A DNA stretch of 64,000 bases from an uncultured Verrucomicrobiae bacterium. Its GTDB lineage: Bacteria; Verrucomicrobiota; Verrucomicrobiia; Limisphaerales; JAFGQR01. Where the stretch lies: positions 160,001 through 224,000 of the forward strand of contig CAWBHS010000057.1 in the NCBI GenBank assembly GCA_963788655.1. Reading direction: 5' to 3'. A program made the position numbers and the translations under genes. Shown here piece after piece: positions 30,416 to 43,781 of the stretch. The notes below the pieces were generated by a model. The model was not told the origin of the DNA, did not search any database, and saw only the letters and a program-made list of their open reading frames with translations. The stretch's first letter is position 1, and each line of letters opens with the position of its first letter.

Positions 30416-33049
30416 ATGAAGACCAACGACGCAGCACTCCCGGCGGTCAGGGCGCCCGGCGGCCAGCGGCCGGAAGTCCGCCCAGCGTTACGGATCGTGC
30501 TGACCTACTTGGTGTTTGCAGCGCTGTGGATCTATTTGTCCGGGTGGGGATTGAGCCATCTGACGGCCGATCCCGAGGTCATGAACCGCTGGGAAACTTA
30601 CAAGGGTTGGGCGTTTGTCACGGTAACGGCCGCGCTGTTGTATTACTTGCTGAACCGCACGTTGGCACGGATTCGCCAGGCCCAATCCTCCCTCGAACAA
30701 AGCGAAACCCGGCTGCGGCTGGCGCTGGCTTCGGCCCATCAGGGACTTTACGACTTCAACCTCCCCACCGGCGAGGCGGTCACCAACGAGGAGTATGCCT
30801 TGATGTTGGGCTACTGTCCGGACGATTTTCGCGAGACCATCGACCGGTGGATGGATCGATTGCATCCCGACGATCATGCCCGTGTGACGGCCGCCTTCCA
30901 GGAGTGTGTGGCCGGGCGAATTGAGGAATATCGCCTCGAGTTTCGACACCGGACCCGCGAGGGCGACTGGAAATGGATCCTGTGCCTGGGGCGGGCAGTC
31001 GCCCGCGACGACCAAAGCCAGGCGCTACGCCTGTTGGGGACGCATACGGACATCACCCCTCAGAAGCAAGCCGAGTATCGTGTCCGCAAACTCAACCATC
31101 TCCATGAGGTCTTACGACTAACCAACGAAACCATCGAACGTCATGGTGACCGCGACACCCTCTTCCGGGAAACATGCGGGAATGCGGTGAAACACGGCGC
31201 GCTGCAGATGGCGTGGATTGGCACCATCGATCCCCTCCATAACCAACTGGTGCCCGTGGCCGCATGCGGGATACCGGCAGAGTACCGGGCCGAATTGACG
31301 ATGCCCATGGACACGTCGGCATCCGCCCACCACAATCCGCTCGGGCAGGCATTGCACCAGGGAACCCATTATGTCTGTCAGGAGCTCAAAGATACTGCCT
31401 CCCGAGATCCCTGGTGCATCGCGGCACTTCAGGCCGGATGCCACTCGGCCGCGGCGTTTCCGTTGAAACAGAAAGGTTTGGTATTGGGGGCGCTTTGCCT
31501 GCTGGCCACCGAGGCGGACTTTTTTGACCACGAAGCCACCGCGTTGCTCGACGAAATGGCGCGGGATGTTTCCTTGGCCTTGGACAATCTGGAAGTCGAA
31601 GCCCAACGGACGCAGGCACTGGCGGCCTTGCAAGCAAGCGAGGCCAAGTTTCGGCGCATTGTGGAAACGGCCAACGAAGGCATCTGCCTGCTGGACGAAC
31701 ACTTTGAACTTACCTTTGTAAATCGCCGCATGGCAGAAATGCTGGGTTACACCGAAGCGGAAATTCTCCATCACCCCGCCGAAGAATTCCTGTTACCCGA
31801 AGAGCTGCGGGACCATCAAGCTCAGATTGCGGCCCGCCGCCAAGGGGCGAGCGGACACTACGAACGCCGCTTGCGCCGGAAGGATGGCGCGACGGTGTGG
31901 GCGTTGATTTCGGCGACCCCGATTCGGGATGAGCGACAGGAATTCCGCGGTTCGTTCGCCATGTTGACGGACATCACCCAACGCAAACAGGCTCTGGACG
32001 CCCTGTGCGACAGTGAAGCGCGGTTTCGCCAACTCTTTGCCGACAATCCCCTGCCGATGTGGGTGGCCAGTGTCGAAACCCTGCGTTTCCTGGAAGTGAA
32101 CGATGCGGCCCTGGCGCACTACGGCTATGCGCGTGCAGAGTTTCTCGAGTTGCACTTTAGCGATTTGTACCGAACGGAAAGCGTGCCGCCGCTCCGTCAG
32201 TTTCTTAAAGCTTGGGATGGGAAACAAGCGCACCTGGACGAGGTCCAACACCGCCTGAAAAACGGACGCCTCATTTGGGTCGAAGTGGCCCTGCATGGGT
32301 GTGATTTTGCCGGGCAGCGCGCCGTGCTGGTGGCCAGCGTAGATATCACCGAACGCAAGCGGGCTCTGCAAGCGCTGCACAAACTATCCGGCCGGCTGCT
32401 GCGTTTGCAGGATGAAGAACGGCGCCGGATCGCCCGTGAATTACACGACACCACCACCCAGGATCTGGCGGCGCTGAGCATGAATCTTTCCTTGCTGCAA
32501 CCCGGGCTCCCGAAAGGTGATCCGCGCTGGGAACAGTTGCTGGCGGATTGCGCGCGCTTGGCGGCGAAAAGCACGCAGGAAATCCGAACCCTGTCCTATC
32601 TGCTGCACCCGCCGATGCTCGAAGTTTTGGGCTTGCCGGGAGCGGTACGCGAGTTGGTGGAGGGATTCGCCCGCCGCAGCGGTATCAAAACCGAGTTTGA
32701 CGCCCCGAAGGACTTTGGCCGTTTGCCGGCGGACGTGGAAACCGCCCTGTTTCGGGTTGTGCAGGAAAGCCTGGGTAACATCCACCGCCACTCGGGCAGC
32801 CCCACCGCGCGGATCCAGTTGCGCCGCCACAATGGACAGTTGACGGTGGAAATTGCCGACACGGGTGGTGGCATTCCACCGGAAAAACTGGCCGGGTTGG
32901 CAAACGGAACGTCCGCCCTGGGTGTGGGTATTGCCGGCATGCGCGAACGGCTGCACCAACTTGGTGGCAAACTGGACGTGGCCAGCGGATCCGCGGGAAC
33001 CCGGGTGAAAGCCGTGGTGCCCCTGAACCTTCGGACATCTGACGAGTGA
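30416..33049 (+). CDS. Membrane sensor histidine kinase (TM-PAS-GAF-PAS-PAS-HisKA_3-HATPase)
   Basis: LHPDD..GTHTDIT PAS, GAF, two more PAS domains, ERRRIARELHD, QESLGNIHRHS, DTGGG and GVGIAGMRER. Confidence 0.93.
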   Translation: MKTNDAALPAVRAPGGQRPEVRPALRIVLTYLVFAALWIYLSGWGLSHLTADPEVMNRWETYKGWAFVTVTAALLYYLLNRTLARIRQAQSSLEQSETRLRLALASAHQGLYDFNLPTGEAVTNEEYALMLGYCPDDFRETIDRWMDRLHPDDHARVTAAFQECVAGRIEEYRLEFRHRTREGDWKWILCLGRAVARDDQSQALRLLGTHTDITPQKQAEYRVRKLNHLHEVLRLTNETIERHGDRDTLFRETCGNAVKHGALQMAWIGTIDPLHNQLVPVAACGIPAEYRAELTMPMDTSASAHHNPLGQALHQGTHYVCQELKDTASRDPWCIAALQAGCHSAAAFPLKQKGLVLGALCLLATEADFFDHEATALLDEMARDVSLALDNLEVEAQRTQALAALQASEAKFRRIVETANEGICLLDEHFELTFVNRRMAEMLGYTEAEILHHPAEEFLLPEELRDHQAQIAARRQGASGHYERRLRRKDGATVWALISATPIRDERQEFRGSFAMLTDITQRKQALDALCDSEARFRQLFADNPLPMWVASVETLRFLEVNDAALAHYGYARAEFLELHFSDLYRTESVPPLRQFLKAWDGKQAHLDEVQHRLKNGRLIWVEVALHGCDFAGQRAVLVASVDITERKRALQALHKLSGRLLRLQDEERRRIARELHDTTTQDLAALSMNLSLLQPGLPKGDPRWEQLLADCARLAAKSTQEIRTLSYLLHPPMLEVLGLPGAVRELVEGFARRSGIKTEFDAPKDFGRLPADVETALFRVVQESLGNIHRHSGSPTARIQLRRHNGQLTVEIADTGGGIPPEKLAGLANGTSALGVGIAGMRERLHQLGGKLDVASGSAGTRVKAVVPLNLRTSDE

Positions 33050-33214
33050 AGGAGCGCGCCTCGTTGTCCCAGGAATCGGAGCAGTCCGGCGGGCTGGACG
33101 CGGGGCAAATGATGCGGAAACGTTAACATGGACGTTGACGAAATTTTGTCGCCGCCATCACCGCCGGCAGCCGCGCGGATGGGGGAGAACAACGTATGTC
33201 AGGATGACGTGAGT

Positions 33215-33835
33215 ATGGATACGCTGAACATTTTGATCGCTGATGACCACGAAATGGTGCGTCGCGGACTGAAAGCCGCTCTGACCGAACGGCCGGGCTG
33301 GACAATTTGTGGTGAAGCGGCGACGGGACGCCAGGCGGTGGAACTGGCCGAGCAACTCAAACCGGATATTATCATCCTGGATGTCATGATGCCGGGATTG
33401 AACGGCTTGGAGGCCACGCGTCAAATCCGGAAGGTATTGCCCGGCGCCGAGGTACTCATCCTGACCATGCACGAATCCGAAGAACTGGTGCGCGAAGTCC
33501 TGAGCGCCGGGGCGCGCGGTTACGTTCGCAAAAGCGATGCGGGGCGCACCGTGGTGCAAGCGGTCGAAACCCTCAGCCAGCATCAGCAGTATATCACCCC
33601 CGGCGTGGCGGAAGGACCAATTCACCCAGCCAGCTTCAATCCCGTGACGCCCCGGGAACGTCAGGTGCTACAACTCATCGCCGAAGGTAAAAGCAACAAA
33701 GAAGTGGCGCACGAATTGGGAATCAGTGTCCGCACCGCGGAAACGCATCGCACCAAAGTCATGCGCAAACTGAATCTGCGTTCCGCGAGCGACATTACCC
33801 GCTACGCAATCCGCAATCGGCTGATCGAGCCGTGA
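33215..33835 (+). CDS. NarL/LuxR family response regulator, cognate to the adjacent kinase
   Basis: IADDHEMVR, LDVMMPGLNG and TPRERQVL..TAETHRTKVMRKL. Confidence 0.93.
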   Translation: MDTLNILIADDHEMVRRGLKAALTERPGWTICGEAATGRQAVELAEQLKPDIIILDVMMPGLNGLEATRQIRKVLPGAEVLILTMHESEELVREVLSAGARGYVRKSDAGRTVVQAVETLSQHQQYITPGVAEGPIHPASFNPVTPRERQVLQLIAEGKSNKEVAHELGISVRTAETHRTKVMRKLNLRSASDITRYAIRNRLIEP

Positions 33836-33844
33836 TGCCCGCTT

Positions 33845-34096
33845 TCAGTGAGGTCTGATTTCCCGCACGCCCACCACCGGAACCGTCCCCCTTTCTCCGT
33901 ATGCAGTTTTGTAGTGATACACTGATTCGTATTCGTCCAGCTTGGGCTTGCCCTTCGTCTCAATGATCGCTCCGCTGGTCAGGGTGATGCGGTAATGCGG
34001 TGCGGCGCAACCGCCGAGGGCCGGAGCCAGCAACACGAGCACCGGAAGGAGCCATTTTCTCTGGAGCCAACCAACCAATGGAGACGACACTCTCAT
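33845..34096 (-). CDS. YgdI/YgdR (DUF903) family lipoprotein
   Basis: Lipobox LGGC followed by HYRITLTSG..TKGKPKLD..YHYK..G. Confidence 0.75.
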   Translation of the reverse strand: MRVSSPLVGWLQRKWLLPVLVLLAPALGGCAAPHYRITLTSGAIIETKGKPKLDEYESVYHYKTAYGERGTVPVVGVREIRPH

Positions 34097-34106
34097 CGGA
34101 CAGAAT

Positions 34107-36456
34107 TCATTTCCCGTGAGCAACCAATTGCTTCGGCCCCGCCGGCAAATGGTCGCGGAGATAACGGGTGAGGAGTTCGAACAAATGCCGCCGGGTGTTG
34201 GCGCCTTCGCTGATGCTGTGGGTCCGGTTGGGATAGGCCATCAGGGAGAATTGCTTGTTGTCCTTGATGAGTTCATTCATCAGCACCGCGCAATTCTGGT
34301 AATGGACATTGTCGTCGGCAGTGCCATGGACCAGCAGAAGATTGCCCTTCAGTTGGTGGGCGAATGTGATCGGCGAACCGTTCTTGTAGCCATCGGCATT
34401 GTCGTCCGGCAGTCCCATATATCGTTCCTGGTAGATCGTATCGTAAAACCGTTGGTTGCTGATGAACGCAATCGCCATCGCCGTTTGATACAGATCCGGA
34501 TACCGAAAAATGGCGTTCAAGCTCATCGACCCGCCGCCGCTCCATCCCCAGATGCCGATCCGCTGCGGATCCACGCCGGGCCGCGATGCAATGATCTTCC
34601 GCGTGGCGGCTGCCTGGTCCGCCGAGGCAAGAATGCCGACCTGGCGATAAATGCACTTGCGGAACTCGCGCCCGCGCGGGGCGGCGGTGCCGCGGTTATC
34701 GACACTCATAACCAGATATCCTTGCTGCGCCAGGTAACAGTGCCAGAGGTACGGTGTCGCCGCCCCAGCGGTCCAACACCGTTTGGCCGGCGGGTTCACC
34801 ATAGACATGAAAGAGCACCGGATACTTTTTTGCGGGATCAAAGTCCGGCGGCTGGATGCACCAGGCATCGAGTTGGACGCCGTCGCCGATGTCCACGCGG
34901 AAGAATTCGCTGGGGCATGGTTGCAGTTTCTTGAGCTTGGCGCGCAGTTTGGAATTGTCGGCAATGACCCGGAGCGACTTGTGTTCCGGCAAGTCCACCA
35001 ACTCGATGACCGGTGGATTGCCAAAGCTCGAATACGTGTGGAAGGCCCAACGGCAGTCCTTCGACAATTGATAGGAATGCGTGCCGGCATGCCCTTTAGG
35101 AGTCACCCGTTTCGCCTTGCCCGAACCATCCAACGGCACGCGATACAGATAACGCTGCGCGGCGTTTTTGGGCGAGGCAATGAAATAAACCCAGCCTTGT
35201 GCTTCATCCACGCCAGCAACATTAATAACATCGTACTTGCCTGAGGTCAGCAGGGTGGGCTTCCCGTGCCGGGTGACCACATACAGATGCCGCCAGCCAT
35301 CGCGTTCGCTCAACCACAGGAAACGTCGACCGTCCTCCAGCCAATGCCATTCATGGTTCACGTCCACCCAGGCATTGTCACGATCCGTGAACACCACTTT
35401 CGTCCGGCCGCTTTTCACCTGACCGCGGATCAGGTGGTTGGTGCTTTGCAGGCGATTGAGTTGTTGAAAAACAACCGACCGCGAATTGGGCGCCCATTCC
35501 ATTTCCGGGATGTAATTGTTCCGTGGATCCGCCGACGTGTTGAACCAACGAGTCGGTCCTCCGCTGGCTTTGACCACGCCCACGCGGCAGGCGGAATTGG
35601 TCTGGCCCACCTTCGGATAGGGAAACGACGTGATCTTTGGGTACAGCGAGTCGGTGTAGTTGATGAGCTTGAAATCGCGGACCATCGAGGTATCGAACCG
35701 CCAATACGCCAGGCGCCGGCTGTCGGGACTCCAGCGGAATGCTTTACGCAGGTACAATTCTTCTTCGTACACCCAGTCCGACGTGCCGTTGATGAGCCGC
35801 TCCGAGCCATTGGTGGTCAGCGCGGTGATCTTAAGATTCTTAAGGTTTTGGACGTAGAGATTGTTCCGGCACACATACGCCACCCGCCGGCCGTCCGGCG
35901 AGAACGTGGCAAACATCATCGTGGCCGGCTCGGCGGGATCCCCAAGTTGCTGGAGGCTTTGGGTGCCACAGTCGAACAGCCAGTAATCGCCCCGGGTGTT
36001 CTGTCGCCAGACACGTTTGCTGTTGGTGAACAGGAGGAGCTTCTTACCATCGTCAGACCACGCGTAGCCATCGATGTTTAGTGGCTTCGACTTGCCGGCC
36101 GGGATTAGGTGTGAGGCTGGCACCAGGACCTTGCGGGCGCCAGATTCAGGATCGTAACGAACAATGTCTTTGCCACCTTTGACCTTCTTGGACGTCTCCA
36201 GCGTGGTATAGCCGGAGCCATCTTTGAGCCAGCGCGCCGGCCCCCCGGATTCGGTCTTGAATTCGTGCTTTTCAAAAATCCGATCCAGCGTCAGCCGGGA
36301 TGGGTCCGGAGCTGATTCCGCCGCGCAGATATTCAGGGCGGTCAAGGCCAGCAGTGCGAAACCAGCCGCGAAAATCCGCCGGGCGTTCTTCCGCCACTTG
36401 AAATGGCGCATCGAAAAGTCAGTCGCAGATTGCGAACAGATTTCAGCGAAGATCAT
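34107..36456 (-). CDS. Dipeptidyl-peptidase IV (S9B); frameshift near 34752
   Basis: Signal peptide, DWVYEEE, YPKVG, VYGEP, catalytic GWSGGG, HGTADDNVH and YPNRTH motifs. Confidence 0.93.
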
Positions 36457-36591
36457 GGAAACAGTTTAGGCGGCCTGGAGGAAAAGGAAAAGCTTTTGCC
36501 CCCATGGTGCGCGCATTATCCGTGGATGCCGCTATTTAACAGCAACAAACCCTCATGGTAGCGGCTCTTCTTCAAGTGGAGCGTGATCAGT

Positions 36592-36736
36592 CGCGCCAGC
36601 GTTTGGAGTGCGTCCGGCTTGCCGGCGCTTTCGGGTGGAGAACAACCGGCAGAGCTTGTTTTGTGCTGTAAAATCTATGGCGTCCCCAAGCAACCGAAAG
36701 CGGGAGCAAGCTCCCCGCATTCCAAACGCTGGCGCG
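36592..36736. repeat. REP-like palindromic element (GGAGTGCG family), copy 1
   Basis: CGCGCCAGCGTTTGGAGTGCG / CGCATTCCAAACGCTGGCGCG arms; same family as 46811-46964 in the opposite orientation. Confidence 0.8.
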
Positions 36737-36854
36737 CCAAGCGATTGCCCGCTCGAACACCGTCCGGTCGTGAAATGCAGTAGGTAGCGTCGCTTTCGAA
36801 GCGACTCAGCAATACCCGCACCATGGCCCTTCGGCCACCAAGCAAGACACCTCC

Positions 36855-38356
36855 CTACTCAATCCCGACCGTCAGTTTCTTAATGGGCTTGGCAAAGATG
36901 AGCAGCATGACGCCCGCGCCCACCGAGGTCAGCACGATGTGGAAATAGCGCACGGACATTTCATCCACGGCGTTGGCGTTGAATTCGCCGGCAATCAGAC
37001 CGGCAAAGAGATTGCCCAGCGACGCGGCCAAAAACCAAACGCCCATCATTTGCCCCACCAGCCGTTTGGGTGAGAGTTTGGTCACCGAACTCAAGCCCAC
37101 CGGGCTGAGACACAGCTCGCCGACCGAGTGCAACAGGTAAGTGGTGATCAACCACGACGGCCAGACCTTGTGGCCGGCAGCAACAATTTTCGACGCCCCG
37201 GCCATTACCAGAAAGCCCAGACCAAGCAGGAGCAGACCGGCAGCGAATTTCACCGGGAGCGACGGATTCATACAACGCCGGGCCAGCGCCACCCACAGCC
37301 AGGCCATCACCGGCGCCAGGGTGATGATGTAAATTGGATTCAGCATCTGGAACCAACCGGCGGGAATCTCAAAGTGGAACCACGTCAGGACCCGGGCGGT
37401 GTAACGATCCGCAAACAGGTTCAAAGAAGAGCCGGCCTGCTCGAAGCCCGACCAGAACATCGCGGCCGCCACGAACAAGACCACAATCGCCCAAACGCGT
37501 TTCTTCTCGGTGGGATCCAGCTTAAAGAACACGAACACCAGGGTAAAATAAACCAGCGCCACGCCCACAATGATGTAGGTGGTAGCGCGCGCCAGGGAAA
37601 CCGGATTGATTTTGATGACGCCCGTCAGCCCCAGAACTACCACCAACGCGATCAATCCCAAGCCACCATAGAACATCGCCCAGTGCCGCGGCGTGGCTCC
37701 TTCCCGGTGGCCCGGGTGAAGCCCGGCTTCGCCCAAGTGTTTGGCGGTGATTTTGTATTGAATCAGCCCCAGCACCATCCCGACGCCCGCCGCGCCAAAG
37801 CCGTAATGCCAGTTATGTTTTTCACCGAGCCAACTGCAAATAAACGGTCCCAGGGCCGCCCCCAGGTTGATGCCCATGTAGAAAATCGAAAAGCCGGCAT
37901 CCCGCCGGGCGCCGCCCTCGGGATAAAGATCACCGATAATCGCGCTGATATTCGGCTTCAAAAATCCGGTGCCCAGAATCACCAGCACCAGCCCCAGGTA
38001 AAACGTCTGGTCGGTCGGAATGGCCAACGTGAAATGCCCGGCGGCAATGATGACGCCGCCCGTGAACACGGACCGTTGCGCGCCCAACAACCGGTCGGCT
38101 ACCCAGCCCCCCGGCAGCGCCGCCAAATAGACGGCGGCGGTATAGAGTCCGTAAATGGCCGTGGCGGATTCGCATCCGTCATGCCCATGCCGCCACGCAC
38201 CGCGTCCACCATGAACAACACCAATAATGCGCGCATCCCGTAATAGCTGAAACGTTCCCACATCTCGGTGAAGAACAGCGTGTACAGGCCGCGCGGGTGG
38301 CGTTGCTTGGGCGCGACGGAGGGAATGTGATCGGAAAGAGGATCCTGGGTGGGCAT
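36855..38356 (-). CDS. POT/PTR family proton-dependent oligopeptide transporter; frameshift near 38172
   Basis: [36 protein letters not shown] and [11 protein letters not shown] motifs. Confidence 0.94.
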
Positions 38357-38388
38357 GAGGATGGTTTAGGGGCGGTGGGGTTGGATTT

Positions 38389-38423
38389 GTTGAAGGGTTA
38401 AAGGGTTGAAGGGTTGAAAGGGA
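38389..38423. repeat. Octamer tandem repeat (TTGAAGGG)n
   Basis: TTGAAGGGTTAAAGGGTTGAAGGGTTGAAAGGG. Confidence 0.7.
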
Positions 38424-38590
38424 AAAGAGCTTGGTTGATTTGCGACGATGTTGCGGCCGAGCATTGCCGCGTTCCAGGTGCCGCCGCGTGAAGGCACGCG
38501 GCCTACAGGGTCATATAGGCCGGATCCCCGAACCCGGCGCCACCGCTTGGCGACGCGCTGCATGGTGGGCCTGGATACTTCACCCTCGCG

Positions 38591-38661
38591 GTAGCAGCCG
38601 ATGTTAGGAAGCGGACCCAATGCACCCTGACCGCGCTCCGCCTCCTCACGTCGGCGGCTAC
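38591..38661. repeat. GTAG-type REP-like hairpin
   Basis: GTAGCAGCCGATGTTAGGAAGCGGA / TCCGCCTCCTCACGTCGGCGGCTAC imperfect inverted repeat. Confidence 0.7.
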
Positions 38662-38727
38662 AGTCTGCCAGTGTTTCAAGCGGGAAATGAACCATCCGGG
38701 CTTGGCGTTCGCCACGCAGCAGAACCA

Positions 38728-40512
38728 TCATCGGGGCTCCTGCAATCGTTTGCGCACCAACTCGGGCAAATACTTCACCGGCACCGATCCGTGCGCCAAG
38801 ACAGCTTCGTGGTACCGGCCCAGGTCAAACGCCTCGCCCATTTCACGTTCAATGGCCTGACGCAACCGATAATGGGCCATGCGCCCCACAAAGTACGTCG
38901 AGAGTTGAACGGAGCTTTGCTTCGAGCGAATGATCTTGAGACGCGCTTCGCCTTCGGATTGAAACCCGCCGTCCATCAGCAGGGCCAGCGCCTCTTCGTC
39001 GGTCATGTTGCCGCCCTGCATTTTGTGATCGAGAATGGCGTTCACCACGGCCCGAAGATAGAACTTGAGCTGCGTCAGGCGCAACGCGAGATTCCCGTCA
39101 CCGTAACCCTGGTCCAGCATCATCTGCTCGGTGTACACGGCCCAACCCTCAACGAACACGCCCGATTGCAGCACGCGCCGAATGAGCGACGGATTCTGGT
39201 TCGCATACTCGAATTGCACGTAATGGCCCGGATACGCTTCGTGGATGGTGAGGATTTGCAGCATGTGCCCGTTGTATTCTTCGAGGTAACTTTGCACCCG
39301 CGCCGCGTCCCAATCCTTGGGCGGCGGACTCACCGCGTAATAACCGGTCGCCTTGGGATCCAGTGGTGGCGGTGAGTTCATGTAAGCGGTCGAATTGCCG
39401 CGCTGGAATTCCGGCATCTCGATGACCTGACACCGATCCGGTTGCGGCAGGCGCAACACACCGCTTTCGCTGATGAACTTCTTCAAATGGGCGACCGTGG
39501 CCTGGGCATCGCGCACCAAGTTCTCTGGTTTGCCGTGTTCGTGGGCCACTTGGTCGAGCACAAGCTGGATGGTGGCGTGCCGACCGGCGACATCGTCCGG
39601 CGGCAACGCCCGTTTCGGGTAATAGTGACTCCAAAGCTGGCGGGCGATCACATACATGTCGCGCACCACCCGGTCGAATTCTGACTTCGCGTCGGCCAGC
39701 ACCTGGTCGGCAGTCACACCGGCATCCAGGGTGAGTTCCAGCTTGCGGGCAAACTTGTCTTTGCCCAGACGCCAGGTGCCGTTGGCCTTCGGCAACAGGT
39801 TGTTTTCCAGGAATTGCTGATAACCATTGAGACACGCCACCACTTCTTGTGCCGCGGCTTGCAACGCCCCGAGTTGCCGCGTCTTCCCCGCCAGCAAGAA
39901 CAGGTCGTTCTGATAAAAACCAATGGCGCCGCGATTCTGCCGGATGGCGGTTTCCAGGATGATGCGGGGCGGATTCTGGAGGCTTGCTTTCGCAGCAGCG
40001 ACGACTTGCGGGATTTGCGCCATGCGCGCCAGGCAATTCGAGATGTTGGTTTCCTTGGGCAACGTGGATTGGGAGAGCAGCAGGTAAGTGCTGTCGCTGA
40101 TGTAGTTGTTGTAAACGCGCGGATCGTTGGCGAAAGGATTCGTGCTCTCCGCCAACCAGATCGTGCGCTTCAAATCCTGCGCGAAGATCTCGTAATCGAT
40201 CTGCGCATTGCGGGAGAGCTTCACGTAATCGACTTGCTGGGGCAGCTCGGCGAGGGTGGAACGTGCGAGGGTGAGCCACGCGTCGCGGGCCGGTTGCGAC
40301 AAGTCCTCCAGCAGCGCATCAAAGCGGTGATCCCCCAACTGGGTGGCCCCCTGCGGTTGCTGCCGGAAGTGCGCATCAAGGTATTGCCGGAAGAAGGCGT
40401 CGAGTTTGGCGTCCGCCGCTTGGGCGAACACCGGATTCAAGCTGGCGGCCAACATGCAAACCGCCGCCGCCACTGGAGCAGAAATCACGTTTCTCATGGG
40501 GCTGGCGGTCAT
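38728..40512 (-). CDS. DUF885 family secreted protein (putative metallopeptidase)
   Basis: Signal peptide; ATQLGDHRFD, HEAYPGHYVQ, FVEGWAVYTE and QLSTYFVG motifs. Confidence 0.9.
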   Translation of the reverse strand: MTASPMRNVISAPVAAAVCMLAASLNPVFAQAADAKLDAFFRQYLDAHFRQQPQGATQLGDHRFDALLEDLSQPARDAWLTLARSTLAELPQQVDYVKLSRNAQIDYEIFAQDLKRTIWLAESTNPFANDPRVYNNYISDSTYLLLSQSTLPKETNISNCLARMAQIPQVVAAAKASLQNPPRIILETAIRQNRGAIGFYQNDLFLLAGKTRQLGALQAAAQEVVACLNGYQQFLENNLLPKANGTWRLGKDKFARKLELTLDAGVTADQVLADAKSEFDRVVRDMYVIARQLWSHYYPKRALPPDDVAGRHATIQLVLDQVAHEHGKPENLVRDAQATVAHLKKFISESGVLRLPQPDRCQVIEMPEFQRGNSTAYMNSPPPLDPKATGYYAVSPPPKDWDAARVQSYLEEYNGHMLQILTIHEAYPGHYVQFEYANQNPSLIRRVLQSGVFVEGWAVYTEQMMLDQGYGDGNLALRLTQLKFYLRAVVNAILDHKMQGGNMTDEEALALLMDGGFQSEGEARLKIIRSKQSSVQLSTYFVGRMAHYRLRQAIEREMGEAFDLGRYHEAVLAHGSVPVKYLPELVRKRLQEPR

Positions 40513-40688
40513 GATGCGTGAAACCGTTGCCCAGCGTCACGCCTTTTCTGAAATCGGGAAGGGGAGCGCGCCCGCCTCGGGCGCAGTCAACGGCGCCTCG
40601 CCGTTGACTCGAATGGAACGTTAGCCACAAGTTCAAACCGCCCTTCCATTCGCGATCCGAACAAAACCCGCCCCGTTTCGAATCGGCT

Positions 40689-40860
40689 GGTAGGGCGAGA
40701 CTCCGTCGAGCCCTGACTTCGCCTCATCGCCGCCCCGTGACGGAAATCGAAACCGTGGGAAGGGTGCGGCGGATCGGATGTCCGGGATTTCTCTTTGGTC
40801 GGGTTCGGGTTCTCGAAGACCAACCGGGGAATTCAGGGCTCGACGGAGTCTCGCCCTACC
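40689..40860. repeat. GTAG-type REP doublet with a perfect 28-bp inverted repeat
   Basis: GGTAGGGCGAGACTCCGTCGAGCCCTGA (40689-40716) and TCAGGGCTCGACGGAGTCTCGCCCTACC (40833-40860). Confidence 0.85.
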
Positions 40861-40900
40861 GGGGCAGGGAACCCGCAATTGGCGGCGCAGATGCTCCTCA

Positions 40901-42414
<1,514 letters not shown>

Positions 42415-42415
42415 G

Positions 42416-43781
42416 TTAAACCTCCATAAGGATGCGCGCGGGTTCTTCCACCAACGCCTTGACCCGCCGCAGGAAGGTCACCGCCTCCCGGCCATCGACG
42501 AGCCGGTGATCGTAGGTCAACGCCACATACATCATCGGGCGGATAACCACCTGGCCGTTCAGGGCAATCGGGCGCTCCTGAATGGCGTGCATGCCGAGTA
42601 CCCCGCTTTGCGGCGGATTGATGATCGGCGTGGACAACAGCGAACCAAACACGCCGCCATTGGTGATGGTGAACGTGCCGCCGGCCAGATCGTCGGGCCG
42701 GATCTTGTTGTCGCGGGCGCGCTGGGCAAAATCCGCGATGGCCTGTTCGATCTCGGCGAAGCTCAACCGTCCGGCGTTGCGGAGCACCGGCACCACCAGC
42801 CCTTTGCCGCCGCCGATGGCAATGCCGATGTCGTGGTAATTGCGATACACGATGTCGTTGCCGCGAATCTCGGCGTTAAGCTGGGGAATGTCCTTGAGCG
42901 CTTCGATGGTGGCTTTCACGAAGAAGGACATGAAGCCGAGTTTGATGTGGTAACGCTTGTGAAAGGTTTCCTGGTATTGCTGGCGGAGACCCGCGACAGC
43001 CGACAGGTCAATTTCGTTGAACGTGGTGAGGAGCGCGGCTATTTGCTGGGCCTGCACCAGGCGCTCGCGCAATCTTGCGCCGCAACAGGCTCATGGGCAC
43101 GACTTCCTCTTCGCGGTCGCCACCTGCCGCACCGCTCGCCGCTGGCGGCGCCGGCTCAGGCGCCGCGGCTGGCGTTTCCGCGGGGTGGGCTACGCCTTCG
43201 GCGGCCGCGCGCTGAACATCTTCCTTGAGCACACGTCCGCCCGGTCCAGTGGGCTCGACGGCGCCCGGCGAAACGCCACGCTCCGCCATCAGGCGCGCAG
43301 CGGCGGGCATGACCCGCGCTTGGGTCGCCCCCTTTAAGGCGGGTTTCGACAGTGGCGGTTCTGCTTTGGTATCGGAAGGTTTGGCTGCGGCGGACTCAGA
43401 AGCCGGTGCTTCGGACTTGGCAGGTTTTGCTTTACCCGTTTCCTTGGAAGGGGGTTTTTGTTTTTCGGGCTTTGGAGCCTTCTTGCTCTCGTCCTCGTCC
43501 TTCTTCGAGGCGGTTTTCTCCGGTTTGCCTTGAGCCTCTCCGTCACCTTCTTCGAGGTAACCCACGATGTCGCCGACGGAAACGCGCTCGCCTTTTTGTT
43601 TCACGATTTTGCTCAAGCGCCCGGCGGCCGGCGCGGCAATTTCGACCGTGGCTTTGTCGGTTTCGATGACGACCACATTCTCGTCTTTCTTGACGGCGTC
43701 ACCTTCCTGTTTGAGCCAATCGCCAATCTCCACTTCGGTGATCGATTCGCCGACGGAGGGGACTTTGATGGATTGAGGCAT
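42416..43781 (-). CDS. sucB: 2-oxoglutarate dehydrogenase E2 (dihydrolipoyl succinyltransferase); frameshift near 43072
   Basis: Lipoyl domain GESITE..ETDKA, E3-binding motif [22 protein letters not shown] and YDHRLVDG. Confidence 0.95.
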
